A stretch of 64,000 nt of DNA from Nitrospirota bacterium (lineage in GTDB: Bacteria; Nitrospirota; JACRHL01): the NCBI GenBank assembly GCA_029858285.1, contig JAOUFN010000005.1, positions 75,294 to 139,293 on the forward strand, in the 5' to 3' direction. Both the position numbers and the translations under genes were made by a program. Shown here in pieces: positions 20,150 through 33,900 of this stretch; the first letter of the stretch is position 1; the number at the start of each line of letters is the position of its first letter. A model generated the notes under the pieces. That model was not told the origin of the DNA. It worked only from the letters and a program-made list of their open reading frames with translations, and searched no databases.

Positions 20150-21249
20150 GAAACCTGCTTTTTAAAGACGATCGGAATAGATGACCACCCGGTTGCCCCC
20201 GGTGGCCTTGGCGGCGTACATGGCCTTGTCGGCGCGCTGTACCAGTTCCCGTGGGTCGGTGCCGTGGTCGGGGTAGGCAGCCACGCCGAAGCTGGCCCCC
20301 AAAGCCATGCCGCCCAGTTGGGGCACATAGGTGGCCTCTACCAAAGCCTGGCTGAGGCGCTCCGCCACTTTGTAGGCGACGTCCAGAGTGGTATCGGGAA
20401 GGATCACCACAAACTCATCGCCGCCGTAGCGGGCAACAATGTCCTCCACACGCAGATTGTCGCTGAGGATGTGCGCCACCTCGGTAAGGGCTCGACTGCC
20501 TGCCAGGTGGCCGTGGGTGTCGTTGATAGCCTTGAAACGATCCAGATCGAGGAACAGGACCGCAAAATGCCCACTTGCATCTCCGGCGCGGCGGATCAGG
20601 TCCTCAAGCGCTTGCTGGATGTAGCGGTGGTTAAATAGCTGGGTCAGGTCGTCGGTGATGACCAGTTCGGCGGTTTTTTTGTGCAACATGGCGCGGTCTA
20701 CGGCCATGCGGCTTTGCTCCATCAATCGTTCCATGCGCTCCATTTGATCGGTGCTCAGACGACCGACCTTGCGGGTCTGGCTAATCATCAGCGCCGCCAA
20801 GGGGCGCCTCCGGTGCAGGATCGGCAGGCACAGCAGATCACCCAGTGGTCCCGGTGGCACCAGGTCCGGCGGGATTTCGCCACCGTGCATGGCGGCAAGC
20901 CGTTCCTCGCTCAGGCGCACCTCGCGCCCGGTGCGCAGCACCTCGCCAGTCAGCCCCTCGTTGATGGAGATGTGGGCCATGTTGCGCGGCGGTTGATAAC
21001 CCCGTGCAAACGCCAGTTGGTAGTTGCGCCGGTCGCTGGTGGTCACGAACAGGGTGGTGTGGGAGGGTGCCAGGTAGGTGTGGGTACTGCGGGCGATGAT
21101 TTCCATGACCTTCTGGTCATCCAGGGTGGCGGTGAGCTGCCGCCCCAGATCCATGAAGAAAGCCAGCTCTTCCTGGGCCCGCTCCAGCCGGGCTCCGAGG
21201 CTCTCGGCGCGGCTGCCGGTGCGCGTCTTTCCGGCGTCGGAGCCGCCGC

Positions 21250-23985
<2,736 letters not shown>

Positions 23986-24273
23986 GATCCGGGTCTTTAC
24001 TGCCCTTGCGTGGATGGTCGGTTATGGCGGCGGGTAGGCGGGCAACAAGGCGGGCGGCAAGCCCGGCCGTAGTTTCGTCGGCCCGCCCGGATGCACCCCC
24101 CGGAAGTGGAACGTGCCGGGGCTCTGGCGCCCCGCAGGCACGAAAATATAGCACATCCGGCGCGATCGTGCGGCCCCCGGAGCGCAACCGGTCGGCGCCG
24201 CATAGCCAGGCCCGTGCCCATGTCGGACCAGTGGCCGGTAACTGCCTGGTCTGTTCTCAACCGTTGGAGCGGA

Positions 24274-24486
24274 TCAGCCCTTGGGCGGCTTGGCCACGCG
24301 GGTGGCCTCCGGTCCGCGGCGTCCGTCGCGGGCCTCGTACTCCACCAGGTCCCCCGCCTGAAGCGTCTTGTAATCCTCCTGGGAGACCACGGAAAAGTGA
24401 AAACGCACCTGGGTGCTGCCATCCTGATCAATGATCAGGCCGAGTCCGTTTTTGGTGTTGAACCACTTGATATTGCCTTGGGGCAT
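24274..24486 (-). CDS. Cold-shock protein (CspA family)
   Basis: MPQGNIKWFNTKNGLGLI...VRFHFS carries the RNP1 and RNP2 motifs, 70 aa. A ~195-nt untranslated leader lies upstream, as is typical for csp genes. Confidence 0.9.
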   Translation of the reverse strand: MPQGNIKWFNTKNGLGLIIDQDGSTQVRFHFSVVSQEDYKTLQAGDLVEYEARDGRRGPEATRVAKPPKG

Positions 24487-24680
24487 GATCGGTCGCCGGT
24501 ATCCCGAATTGGTGTTGTGAAAAAACGTCGGTCGCCGCACCCCACGGTGGGCTAAGGTGGCGATGCAACCCGGTAAAAGTAAACCGCCCCGGCGGCGTGG
24601 TCAAATGATCGGGTATGGTGCACCGTGTACGGCACCACCGGACAGACCACCGGATGATCCGGTGCGGAATCGATCCGGGA

Positions 24681-25571
24681 TCAATTCAAATTTTTGGCGC
24701 AGCGGAACCCAGCGTCGTTAAAGGCGATGGACGGATCGATGTAGAAACGGTAGGGGGTGCGGTAGAAATGGTCCAGCGTGTAATGGCCCACGCCGCCCCA
24801 GCCGCCGCCACGGATTACCCGGTATTTTTCGCCAAAATCGTCGCTGCGGTAGTCGGAGCCGGGGTAGGGCAGGTACCAACTGCCGGTCCACTCCCACACG
24901 TTGCCCACCATGTCCAGAACGCCGTAGGGGCTGGCACCTTCGGGAAAGTGGCCCACGGGCATCACCGAGCCCAGGCGTGTGGCGCCAGTGTTTCCGCGCA
25001 TGGGGTCGAATTCGTTGCCCCAGGGGAACTCTCGGCCATCGGTGCCGCGCGCAGCCTTTTCCCACTCCGCCTCGGTGGGCAGGCGCTTGCCCAGCCAGGT
25101 GCAGTAAGCGTCGGCCTGGAACCAGTTGACGCCGGTTACCGGCCGGTCGCGCTGATCGGGGCCCTCCCCCTGCCAGGCGTTTGGCAACGGTGAGCCGGTG
25201 GCGTGCAGAAACAGGGCATAAGCAGCCACGGTGACCTCTGTGCGGTCGATCAGGAATCCGGGCAGCACCACCTTCTGTTGAGGGTGCTCATCCAGGTACC
25301 ACGGTTTCATGGAGCCGAATTCCTGGGCGCGCCCCTCGGTGTCTTCTTTGTTGGAGCCCATCAGGAATGGTCCGGCGGGGATTTTAATCATCTCCGGCGG
25401 GGCGCCGCTGGAAGCGGTGCCGTTTTGGAAAAACAGGGTGTGCCCTGATTCCACCCCAGGTTTGCAGGCGGAAGTGGAGAACAGCAGCAATGCTCCGATC
25501 AGGGAGGTCAGGGAGCGGAGCGGTGTGGGAAATCCGGCATGGAGTCCGGCGCGAAACGGGGCGCTGTACAT
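24681..25571 (-). CDS. Formylglycine-generating-enzyme (FGE/SUMF1) family protein, probable lipoprotein
   Basis: FGE-sulfatase domain hallmarks (NWFQADAYCTWLGKRLPTEAEWEKAARG, GNVWEWT, RGGGW). Signal peptide with LLLFSTSAC. Confidence 0.8.
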   Translation of the reverse strand: MYSAPFRAGLHAGFPTPLRSLTSLIGALLLFSTSACKPGVESGHTLFFQNGTASSGAPPEMIKIPAGPFLMGSNKEDTEGRAQEFGSMKPWYLDEHPQQKVVLPGFLIDRTEVTVAAYALFLHATGSPLPNAWQGEGPDQRDRPVTGVNWFQADAYCTWLGKRLPTEAEWEKAARGTDGREFPWGNEFDPMRGNTGATRLGSVMPVGHFPEGASPYGVLDMVGNVWEWTGSWYLPYPGSDYRSDDFGEKYRVIRGGGWGGVGHYTLDHFYRTPYRFYIDPSIAFNDAGFRCAKNLN

Positions 25572-25589
25572 GGGGTGACCTCGGGTGAC

Positions 25590-26708
25590 CTACGGTTTTT
25601 TGGGCCTGACGCTCCCGCTGGCGCCCGCGGGGGGCGCGACGGCACAGCGGAAGCCGAAAGTGTCGTTCTGGGTATTGGGGATGAAAAACCCCCGGTTGAA
25701 GGTGGGAGCGCTGATCCCGCACTTGTAGAATTCGCAATCGTACCACGAGCCCCCGCGCACGATACGGTAGACCTCGCCGTAGTTGGGGTTGCTGCGCTGG
25801 TTACCGGGGTAGGGCCTGTACCAACTGTCGGTCCACTCCCATACGTTGCCCGCCATGTCCATCGCGCCGTAGGGGCTGGCCCCTTTGGGGAAACTGCCCA
25901 CCGGGGTGGTGTGGCCGATGCCGGACTGAGGGGAGTTGCCAAGTTTGGCGTCGAAAATGTCCCCCCATGGGAACTTGAGGCCGTCGGTGCCGCGAGCTGC
26001 TTTTTCCCACTCAAATTCGGTGGGCAGGCGCTTGCCGCGCCACGCGCAGTAGTCGCGGGCGTCGTACCACGACACGTAGGTGACCGGATGGCTGCCGATG
26101 GCGTCGGGAGGGAGGCTTCCCTTCCAGTGGGAGGGGGCGGGGCGACCGGTGGCCACGGTGTAACGGTGGTAATCGTCGTTGGTCACCTCCAGCCGGTCGA
26201 GCCAGAATTCATCCACCGTCCACTCCTGCATCGGTCCCTCGTCCGGGTGTCGGCTGTCGTCACCGAGGACGAACGGGCCGCCGGGGACGTGGACCATGTC
26301 GCGAGTGACGGTGGCGAAATCCTTGGCCAACACCGGATCGGGGCGGATGCCGCCGCCCTTTGCGCGGTCCCGGGTCTGAATGTGATTGACCGGGGTCAGG
26401 CCAGCCACGGCGGTGGAGTGGCAGCGGGAACAGTCGTCGCGCAGTACCTGGGCGGTGGGTCGGTATTTGGGGGTGGTGTGGCAGTCGTTGCAGTCGGCGA
26501 TGATCTCGCCTTCGGCGTTCATCGGCAGGGGGTGATCTGCAGGAAGTGCCGGGGGCAGCGCAGATACGTCCACTGGCGTGACAGGACCGGCCACTGCGGG
26601 TGACTGCCACATGGCGAGCAAGGCCACGGCGAATCCGGCCCTGGCAAGCCGGGTCGACGAATACAACAAACCCCGGTGGCGGGGGAAGGCAAGGAGACGC
26701 ACACGCAT
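25590..26708 (-). CDS. Di-heme c-type cytochrome motif-FGE (SUMF1) family fusion protein
   Basis: After a signal peptide come two CxxCH motifs (CNDCH, CSRCH), then a complete FGE-sulfatase domain (EFEWEKAARG, GNVWEWT, RGGSW). It sits 18 nt upstream of the paralogous FGE gene. Confidence 0.75.
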   Translation of the reverse strand: MRVRLLAFPRHRGLLYSSTRLARAGFAVALLAMWQSPAVAGPVTPVDVSALPPALPADHPLPMNAEGEIIADCNDCHTTPKYRPTAQVLRDDCSRCHSTAVAGLTPVNHIQTRDRAKGGGIRPDPVLAKDFATVTRDMVHVPGGPFVLGDDSRHPDEGPMQEWTVDEFWLDRLEVTNDDYHRYTVATGRPAPSHWKGSLPPDAIGSHPVTYVSWYDARDYCAWRGKRLPTEFEWEKAARGTDGLKFPWGDIFDAKLGNSPQSGIGHTTPVGSFPKGASPYGAMDMAGNVWEWTDSWYRPYPGNQRSNPNYGEVYRIVRGGSWYDCEFYKCGISAPTFNRGFFIPNTQNDTFGFRCAVAPPAGASGSVRPKKP

Positions 26709-26860
26709 CGGGGGATAATATCCAAGCCGGGGGGGGCGGGGCAATTCCCTTGGGTAATTCCCCCTGGCCAAACCATCGGAATGCCGCGGGCCGCACCTAT
26801 GCTACATTGAGCGTCCGCCTGTTACCCCTTGTGGCATTGCCGAACGGATTGGTGGGAGAC

Positions 26861-29401
26861 ATGCGCAGAGTCCTCTTCCCGCTATTCAGCGCCCTTCTGT
26901 TCGGTGCTGCGGTGTTGCTTCTGCACCGGGAACTGGCGACCGTACATCTTGCGGAAGTTATGGGTCGATTGCACGGGGTGTCGCCCAATACCCTGTTTTA
27001 TGCGTGCGGTTTTACAGCGCTCAGTTACGCCACACTGACCGGGTATGACTATCTGGCGCTGCGGCATATTGGCCGGGTTCTGCCCTATCCCCGCATCGCG
27101 CTGATCTCCTTTGTTGCCAATGCGGTAGCCCATAACGTGGGGGCCTCGGTCCTTTCCGGTGGCGCGGTGCGTTTGCGCATGTACGGGGCGGCGGGGTTAT
27201 CCGCCGTCGAGGTGGGCACGGTGGTGGCCCTCTGTCTGGCGACCTTTGCCATCAGCGTCACCACATTGATTGGCGTGGTGTTTCTGATGGACCCGGCCGG
27301 GGTGGCCCTGCTGTTGCCGGTCTCCGGGGGACTGGCGCGGGGCGCGGGCGCGCTGCTGCTATGGCTGATCGGTGGCTACCTGGTGTGGGCGGGGTTGCGC
27401 CGCGCCCCGATCCGCATTGGCCCGTGGCAGCTTTCCCCCCCCGGTGCCGGGGTGACGGCGGCCCAGATCGGCATCGGTGTGGCCGACTTGAGTCTGGCCT
27501 GCGCAACCTTGTTTGTGCTGCTCCCTGCCGACGCCCACCTGTCGTTCCCCGGATTTCTTGCTATCTACGTTCTGGCAATGGCGGCGGCGGCGGTCAGCCA
27601 TGTTCCGGCAGGTCTGGGGGTGTTCGAGGCGGTTATGATCCTGGGCCTTCCCGGGGTGCCGAAGGACGCTCTGGTGGCAATGATCCTGGGATACCGGGGC
27701 GTCTATTATCTGGTGCCCCTGGGTATTGCCCTGTTGCTTGCCGTGGGGCACGAGGTAACGGTCCGGCGGCACCGGTTGCGGGGCGAACTGGGGCTGATCC
27801 AGGGGGTGTGGGAGGCGATCACGCCGCAGTTGACCGCTATTGCCGTGTTTCTGGTAGGCGCCCTGCTGCTGTTGTCCGGGTCGATCCCGGCGCTGGCGGG
27901 ACGGATGCGCAGGCTGCACGATCTGGTGCCGCTGCCCCTGCTGGAGATTTCCCACCTGACGGCGAGCCTCACCGGCCTTGCCCTGCTGATTCTGGCGCGC
28001 GGCCTTTCGCGGCGGGTGAAGGAGGCGTACCGAATCACCCTCATGCTATTGCTGGTGGGCGCGGTGGCTGCCATCGGGCGCGGACTGGACTGGGAACAGG
28101 CCATCCTGCTGTGCTTGGTGGCGGGAGCACTGTATTCGGGCCGTGAGGCCTTTTCTCGACCGGCCTCACTGCTGAATCAGGCGTTTACGCCAGGATGGGT
28201 GGCGGCGATTATTGTCACCGTGGTTGGTACCATCTGGCTGGGCCTGTTCGCCTACAAGCATGTGGACTATTCCGACATGCTGTGGTGGCAGTTTGCATTC
28301 CATGGCGAGGCGCCGCGTTTTTTGCGTTCCACCCTGGCGGTGGTCGTCCTTGGCACCGCGCTGGGACTCTGGAGACTGATGCGGCCCGCACCCCCTGCTC
28401 CCCAGCCGATTGATACCGGACAACTGGATCGTGCCGCAGCGATTATAGCCACCGCGTCGGCCAGCTATGCGGCGCTGGCGTTGTTGGGTGACAAGCGACT
28501 GCTGTTCAACGACACGGGGGACGGCTTCATCATGTACCAGGTCCAGGGGAGAAGCTGGATTGCCATGGGAGACCCCATCGCCCCGGCGCACCGGGTGGAG
28601 GAACTGGCGTGGCGTTTTCGCGAACTGTGCGACCGGCACGGCGGCAAGCCGGTGTTTTATGAGGTGGGTATCCGGCATCTGCCGGTCTATCTGGATCAGG
28701 GACTGGCGCCGCTGAAGATCGGTGAAGAAGCGCTGGTTCCGCTGGAAAATTTTTCCCTGGCCGGCAGCGATCGGGCTGAATTTCGTCAGGCCCAGCGGCG
28801 GGGTGAGCGCGCCGGCGCCCGCTTTTCTGTGGTTCCCGCGGGGGAGGTGCGCACACATTTGGCGGACATGCGCGCCGTATCCGAGGCCTGGATGGTGGCC
28901 AAATCAACCCGTGAAAAGGGCTTTTCTGTTGGACGTTTCGAGCCGGAATATCTTTGCCGTTTCCCTTGTGCGCTGGTGCATGTGGAGGGGCGACTGGTGG
29001 CCTTCACCAATCTGTGGGTGACTGGGGACCGTTCCGAACTGGCCGCGGACCTGATGCGCTACTCCCCGGATGCCCCCAAGGGCATCATGGATTATCTGTT
29101 CGCGGAACTGCTGCTTTGGGGGGCGGCGGAGGGGTATGCTCGGTTCAGCCTGGGCATGGCGCCGCTATCGGGGATGGAAAATCACCCCTTGGCACCGATG
29201 TGGCACCGTATCGGTATGACCATTTTTCTGGCCGGGGAGTATTTTTACAACTTTGAAGGGTTGCGCGCCTACAAGGAAAAATTCCATCCGGAATGGCGCC
29301 CCAAGTATCTGGTGGCCCCTCGTGGCCTGGCCCTGCCCGCCGTGCTGGTGGACCTGACCGCCCTGATTGGCGGCGGCATGAAGGGCGTGTTAATGAAGTG
29401 A
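26861..29401 (+). CDS. mprF: MprF-like bifunctional aminoacyl-phosphatidylglycerol synthase/flippase
   Basis: 846 aa. An N-terminal polytopic flippase domain and a C-terminal LPG-synthase (DUF2156) domain (GFSVGRFEPEYL...EGYARFSLGMAPLSG). RBS GGGAG upstream of the ATG at 26861. Confidence 0.85.
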   Translation: MRRVLFPLFSALLFGAAVLLLHRELATVHLAEVMGRLHGVSPNTLFYACGFTALSYATLTGYDYLALRHIGRVLPYPRIALISFVANAVAHNVGASVLSGGAVRLRMYGAAGLSAVEVGTVVALCLATFAISVTTLIGVVFLMDPAGVALLLPVSGGLARGAGALLLWLIGGYLVWAGLRRAPIRIGPWQLSPPGAGVTAAQIGIGVADLSLACATLFVLLPADAHLSFPGFLAIYVLAMAAAAVSHVPAGLGVFEAVMILGLPGVPKDALVAMILGYRGVYYLVPLGIALLLAVGHEVTVRRHRLRGELGLIQGVWEAITPQLTAIAVFLVGALLLLSGSIPALAGRMRRLHDLVPLPLLEISHLTASLTGLALLILARGLSRRVKEAYRITLMLLLVGAVAAIGRGLDWEQAILLCLVAGALYSGREAFSRPASLLNQAFTPGWVAAIIVTVVGTIWLGLFAYKHVDYSDMLWWQFAFHGEAPRFLRSTLAVVVLGTALGLWRLMRPAPPAPQPIDTGQLDRAAAIIATASASYAALALLGDKRLLFNDTGDGFIMYQVQGRSWIAMGDPIAPAHRVEELAWRFRELCDRHGGKPVFYEVGIRHLPVYLDQGLAPLKIGEEALVPLENFSLAGSDRAEFRQAQRRGERAGARFSVVPAGEVRTHLADMRAVSEAWMVAKSTREKGFSVGRFEPEYLCRFPCALVHVEGRLVAFTNLWVTGDRSELAADLMRYSPDAPKGIMDYLFAELLLWGAAEGYARFSLGMAPLSGMENHPLAPMWHRIGMTIFLAGEYFYNFEGLRAYKEKFHPEWRPKYLVAPRGLALPAVLVDLTALIGGGMKGVLMK

Positions 29402-29743
29402 GCCACCGACCGGAATTCCCTGGTTTTCTTTCAAAAAAATTTACCGTCCCTTGCTTCCGCCGATCCGGGTGCTAAGATCGAAGCGGGGATGGACCCGGGT
29501 TCCGATTGCGCCCTGTCATGCCGAGATGGCGCGGCAGGGATGTCGGCGTCCGTAAACGTGGAATCAAAACCGGGCTCCCATTCACCGTATCCCCCCGGGC
29601 CACCGCCCGCCGGGAGGCTCCCCGACTGCCATGGCCTTCCGGTTACATATCCCTCCTGATCAGGGTCTGGTGGCCCGGGGGGTTTCTTTTTTCTCCCCGA
29701 TATTTTTGAATGTGGTTCTGCGCGCTCGCGTCGCGCCGGTGGG

Positions 29744-30937
29744 TCAGGGGCGGGGGTGGGCCTCGAAGGCTGCGCTGAAGGCCGCCGAAAACGCCGCGTC
29801 GAAGTCTGTCGCCCGTTGCGCCCATTCGTAGGCGGCCGCCCAGGCGGTGGGCCCGCCATCCGGGGCCGCGGCATCCCGCACCCGTTGCGGGTTTTGTATC
29901 AGTTCCGCGAGGCGTTCCGTCAGATCCTCGTCCCGCTCCAGCAGGCAGCGGGGGTGGGCTTCCTGCGGGATTAAATCCGGATAATTCAGGCGGTGCGCCA
30001 GCAGGGGAAGACAGCCCGCGTGCATCGCCTCCACCACGCTGACGCCAAAAAAATCGTGCCGTGCCACGGATACCACCACATCCGCCTGCCCCAGCAAACG
30101 AGCGTAGTCGGCACGGCTTTCGGCGTAGCCCCAGTGGTCAATGTGGCGGGTCAGCCGGGTTTGGGCCTCGGTAAAAATTTTCGGCGTCTGGCGGAACGCC
30201 TGCCCCAGCACGATCAGGCGGAACTCCCGCCCTGCGTCCGACAAATCGAACAGTGTCCTGAAAAATGCCTCCGGGTTCTTGTCATGTTCCCATCGGTGGT
30301 TCCACAGCACTGTGAGTGGCCCTTGGCGGTTCCGGCGCGGTTCAAAGTGCGGGGTGAGGCTGTCCAGGTCCACCCCCAGGGGCAGGACACGGGATTTTTG
30401 CCCGATCTCCTCTGCCAGGTAGTGTGGAGCGAAGTCCGGGCAGGCCTTGAGCAGCCGTTCCAGCCCTTCAAAAAAGACTCTCTGGTGGTGGGCGGAGTTG
30501 AACCACACCTGATCCGCCACCGCTGCGCCAGAGAGGTTGGCCTGGGGATAGGCGGGGTCGAGTTGGTGCCCCTCCTCCAACGGGTAGGTGAGCTGGTTTT
30601 CGTGAAAATAGAGAATCGCCGGAACGTTTGGCCATTGCCGCCGGGTGAGGGCCAAAAAATCGGGCAGGTGTAGAAAATCGGAGGCGAAGATCAGGTTCGG
30701 TGGCGTCAAACCGGCTTCGGCCTGATCCCGCACCCGCTGGGCGAGGACCAGACCGGAGCCGGTTTGACGCCACTTCCAGAACCGCCCCGGCAGGGTGATC
30801 GGGTGGATGTGGTGCGCACTGTGGGCTATAAGGCCGTCGAGAAAGCCCCGATGCGACCCCGCGTACCACGGCTCCAGGGCCAGAATGTCCAGCGCCCGTG
30901 ACGGCTTTTTAGGGGAGAGGTTGGCGGAGGAGGACAT
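29744..30937 (-). CDS. DUF3524 N-terminal / GT4-family glycosyltransferase (tRNA-queuosine alpha-mannosyltransferase-like)
   Basis: An N-terminal DUF3524-like region with a C-terminal Glycos_transf_1 core (FGVSVVEAMHAGCLPL). Confidence 0.7.
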   Translation of the reverse strand: MSSSANLSPKKPSRALDILALEPWYAGSHRGFLDGLIAHSAHHIHPITLPGRFWKWRQTGSGLVLAQRVRDQAEAGLTPPNLIFASDFLHLPDFLALTRRQWPNVPAILYFHENQLTYPLEEGHQLDPAYPQANLSGAAVADQVWFNSAHHQRVFFEGLERLLKACPDFAPHYLAEEIGQKSRVLPLGVDLDSLTPHFEPRRNRQGPLTVLWNHRWEHDKNPEAFFRTLFDLSDAGREFRLIVLGQAFRQTPKIFTEAQTRLTRHIDHWGYAESRADYARLLGQADVVVSVARHDFFGVSVVEAMHAGCLPLLAHRLNYPDLIPQEAHPRCLLERDEDLTERLAELIQNPQRVRDAAAPDGGPTAWAAAYEWAQRATDFDAAFSAAFSAAFEAHPRP

Positions 30938-30955
30938 GCGGGGGTGGGGGGCGGG

Positions 30956-33900
30956 TTACAGTTCCCGCAGCAGGTTCAGCAGTGCGGCCACCCCGCCCTG
31001 TTCCGGGGTTGCTCCAAGGTCCACCATGAAGGAACGTTCCGAAGTGAAGCGCAGGCGTTTTCCAAAGCGCTCCAGCAGCAGACGCAACCCCACTTCGGAC
31101 AGGGTGTGGTCGGGGGCGAACGTCACCTGATAGCGGCCATTCCCGGCGTGACCGATCTCGTTGGCCCGCAGGCGGCGCGCCACCGCCTTCAGGCGTTGGG
31201 CGTCGAGCAGGGGTGTGAGGGCATCCGGCAGGGAGCCGAAACGGTCTGCCAGTTCTTCCGCCAGGGCATCCACCCCGGCCTCGTCGATGCAGCCGGACAG
31301 ACGTTTATAAAGGGCCAGCCGCACTCCTCCCTCGCGCACATAGTCCTCGGGAATTTCTGCCGCTGCTCCCAACCGCACGGTGGTTTCGAACTCGGTGGTG
31401 AGGGTTTCGCCGCGCACCTGGGCCATGGCCTCGCGGATCAGGTGCATGTAGGTGTCGATGCCCACCTGGGCAATCTGCCCCGACTGGCGGTGTCCGAGCA
31501 GGGACCCGGCGCCCCGGATCTCCAGGTCGCGGGCGGCGATGCGAAAGCCGGAGCCGAGTTCGGTGAACTGCTGGATGGACATCAGGCGTTCACGGGCCTC
31601 GCCGGTCCAGCCGTCCTCCGGCCCCAGCAGGTAGGCATAGGCCTGACGCCCGGAGCGCCCTACCCGACCGCGCAACTGATAAAGCTCCGCCAGTCCGAAA
31701 TGGTCTGCGCGGTTGATGATGATGGTGTTGGCGCGGGGGATGTCCAGCCCCGATTCCACGATGGAGGTGGACACCAGAATGTTGGTTTCGCCATCCACGA
31801 AGCGGCGCATCACCTCCTCCAGATTGCGCTCGGGCATCTGGCCGTGGGCCACGCCGATGCGCGCCGTCGGGATCAGTTTGGCCAGAAACTGCGCCATGCC
31901 GCCGATATCCTTCACCCGGTTGTGGATGAAGAACACCTGCCCGTCGCGGGCCAACTCGCGCTCGATCACCTCGGCAATCAGTGTGGGATCAAATCGGCTG
32001 ATGCGGGTTTGGACTGCCAGACGGTCCGGGGGAGGGGTATCGATCACCGACAGGTCGCGCACGCCAATCAAGGACAGTTGCAGGGTGCGGGGGATGGGCG
32101 TGGCGGTGAGGGTGAGCACGTCCACGCTGGTCTTCCACTGCTTGAGGCGCTCCTTGTGGGTGACGCCAAAGCGCTGCTCTTCGTCCACGATCACCAGCCC
32201 CAGGCGGTAGAACGGGATTTCCTTGGTCAGCAGGCGGTGGGTGGCGATCACCATGTCCACGGTGCCGTTTTCCAGCCCTTTGAAGGTCTGGTTCTGCTCA
32301 CGGGTGGGGACGAAGCGCGATAGCTGGGCGATGTGGAACGGCCAGGCATCGAAGCGGCGGGAACAGGTTTGATAATGCTGGCGGGCGAGCAGGGTAGTGG
32401 GGCACAGCAGCACCACCTGACGGCCGTCGAGCATGGCCTTGAAGGCGGCACGCAGGGCCACTTCGGTCTTGCCGTAGCCGACGTCGCCGCACACCAGCCG
32501 GTCCATGGGGCGAGGACGTTCCATGTCGGCACGGATCTCCTCGATGGTGCGCATCTGGTCGGCAGTTTCGGTGTAGGGGAAGCTGGCGGAGAACTCCACC
32601 CCGGCCGCCCCTTCCGGGGCAAAAGGGTGACCCTTGGCCACCTCGCGGGCGGCAGCCAGCGCCACCAGTTCCCCGGCCAGTTCCGACAGGTCGCGGCGTA
32701 CCTTGCGCTTGGTGCGCTCCCAGGATTTTCCGCCCATCTGATCCAGCCGTGGCACCGTACCTTCGGCCCCGGCGTAGCGCTGCACCAATTCCAGGCGGTC
32801 CATGGGCACGTACACCCGGTCGCCGCCCAGATATTCGATCTCCAGGTAGTCGCCCTCGCTATCGCCCACGGTCATGCGCTTGAGGCCTCGATAGAGGCCG
32901 ATGCCGTGGGTGAGGTGTACCAGCGGGTCGCCGGGGGACAGGTCGGCAAAGCCAGTCTGGAACGCGGCCAGCCGGGAACGCCGGGGTGGTGGTGGGGGTG
33001 ATTGGCGGCCGAAGAGTTCGGACTCGGTCAAAAACGTCTCGTCGGGGGTGGCAAACCCCCGCGACAATCCGCCGTTGACAAGGTTCACCTGACCGGGGCC
33101 ACCGCCCACGGCCACCCGGTGCTCGGCGAGGATGCCGTTTAGCGCCGCAACCCGTTCCGGGTCGGGGCAGACTACCGTGACCGGCCCCGCCGTGGCCAGT
33201 TCGGCCAGACGCTGAAAGCGCGGGGCAAAGCCGCCGCGCCCCTGCGCCCCTTCCAGGGGGGGGAGTCCCAGATCTTCGGGGGTGCGCCAGGCGTAGGGCT
33301 CGGGAATTGCGTCTTTCTGATGTTCGCGGTCCGGCGCCGGGTGGGATTCCACAGCCAGTTGGGGGTGACCGGTCAGCAGGTCGTCCAGCGTCACGAACAG
33401 TTCTGCCACTTCCGGCACCACGGTGCCCCGGGCGGCCTCTCCGGCCATTGCCTCGGCGGCCTTGCGTGACAAACCACGGGCGCGGGCGCGAACGATTTCG
33501 GCATCTACCAGCGCGACGTGCAGCCCGGCGGGCAGGTAACCGGTCAGGGTTGGCATGGGCGTATCGAAGAAAAAGGGTGCCCAGGTTTCAATGCCGTCGG
33601 CGCGGGGGGTGCGGGCGATGCGTCCGGTTTCCAAGGTTACTGACGGGGCATCAAGCTGGCGCTGCATGGCGATGTCGTAAACCCGCTGGCGGGCGATGGC
33701 CACCAGCGCCGCGTCGAGGGGCAATTCGGTCACTGGTGGAATACACACCCGCAGGGGAGATTGCTCGCCGGGGCCGAGGGAACGCTGGGTGGCGGGGTCG
33801 AATCGCTTGAGGCTGTCCACCTCGTCGCCGAACAGTTCGATGCGGTACGGATGTTCGGAGCGGGGGTCGGCCTGGGGGGGGAAAACATCCAGAATGTCGG

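Noticed and set aside
23986-24273. secM-like arrest peptide upstream of secA
   Set aside because: No small ORF with a secretion-arrest motif (…GIRAGP-like) is present in the 290-nt region. The only ORFs there are wrong-frame overlaps of the csp gene.
29480-29520. tRNA-like T-arm (GGGTTCCGATT) in the mprF/glycosyltransferase spacer
   Set aside because: No matching T-stem complement, acceptor stem or anticodon arm could be built, so it is not a tRNA.
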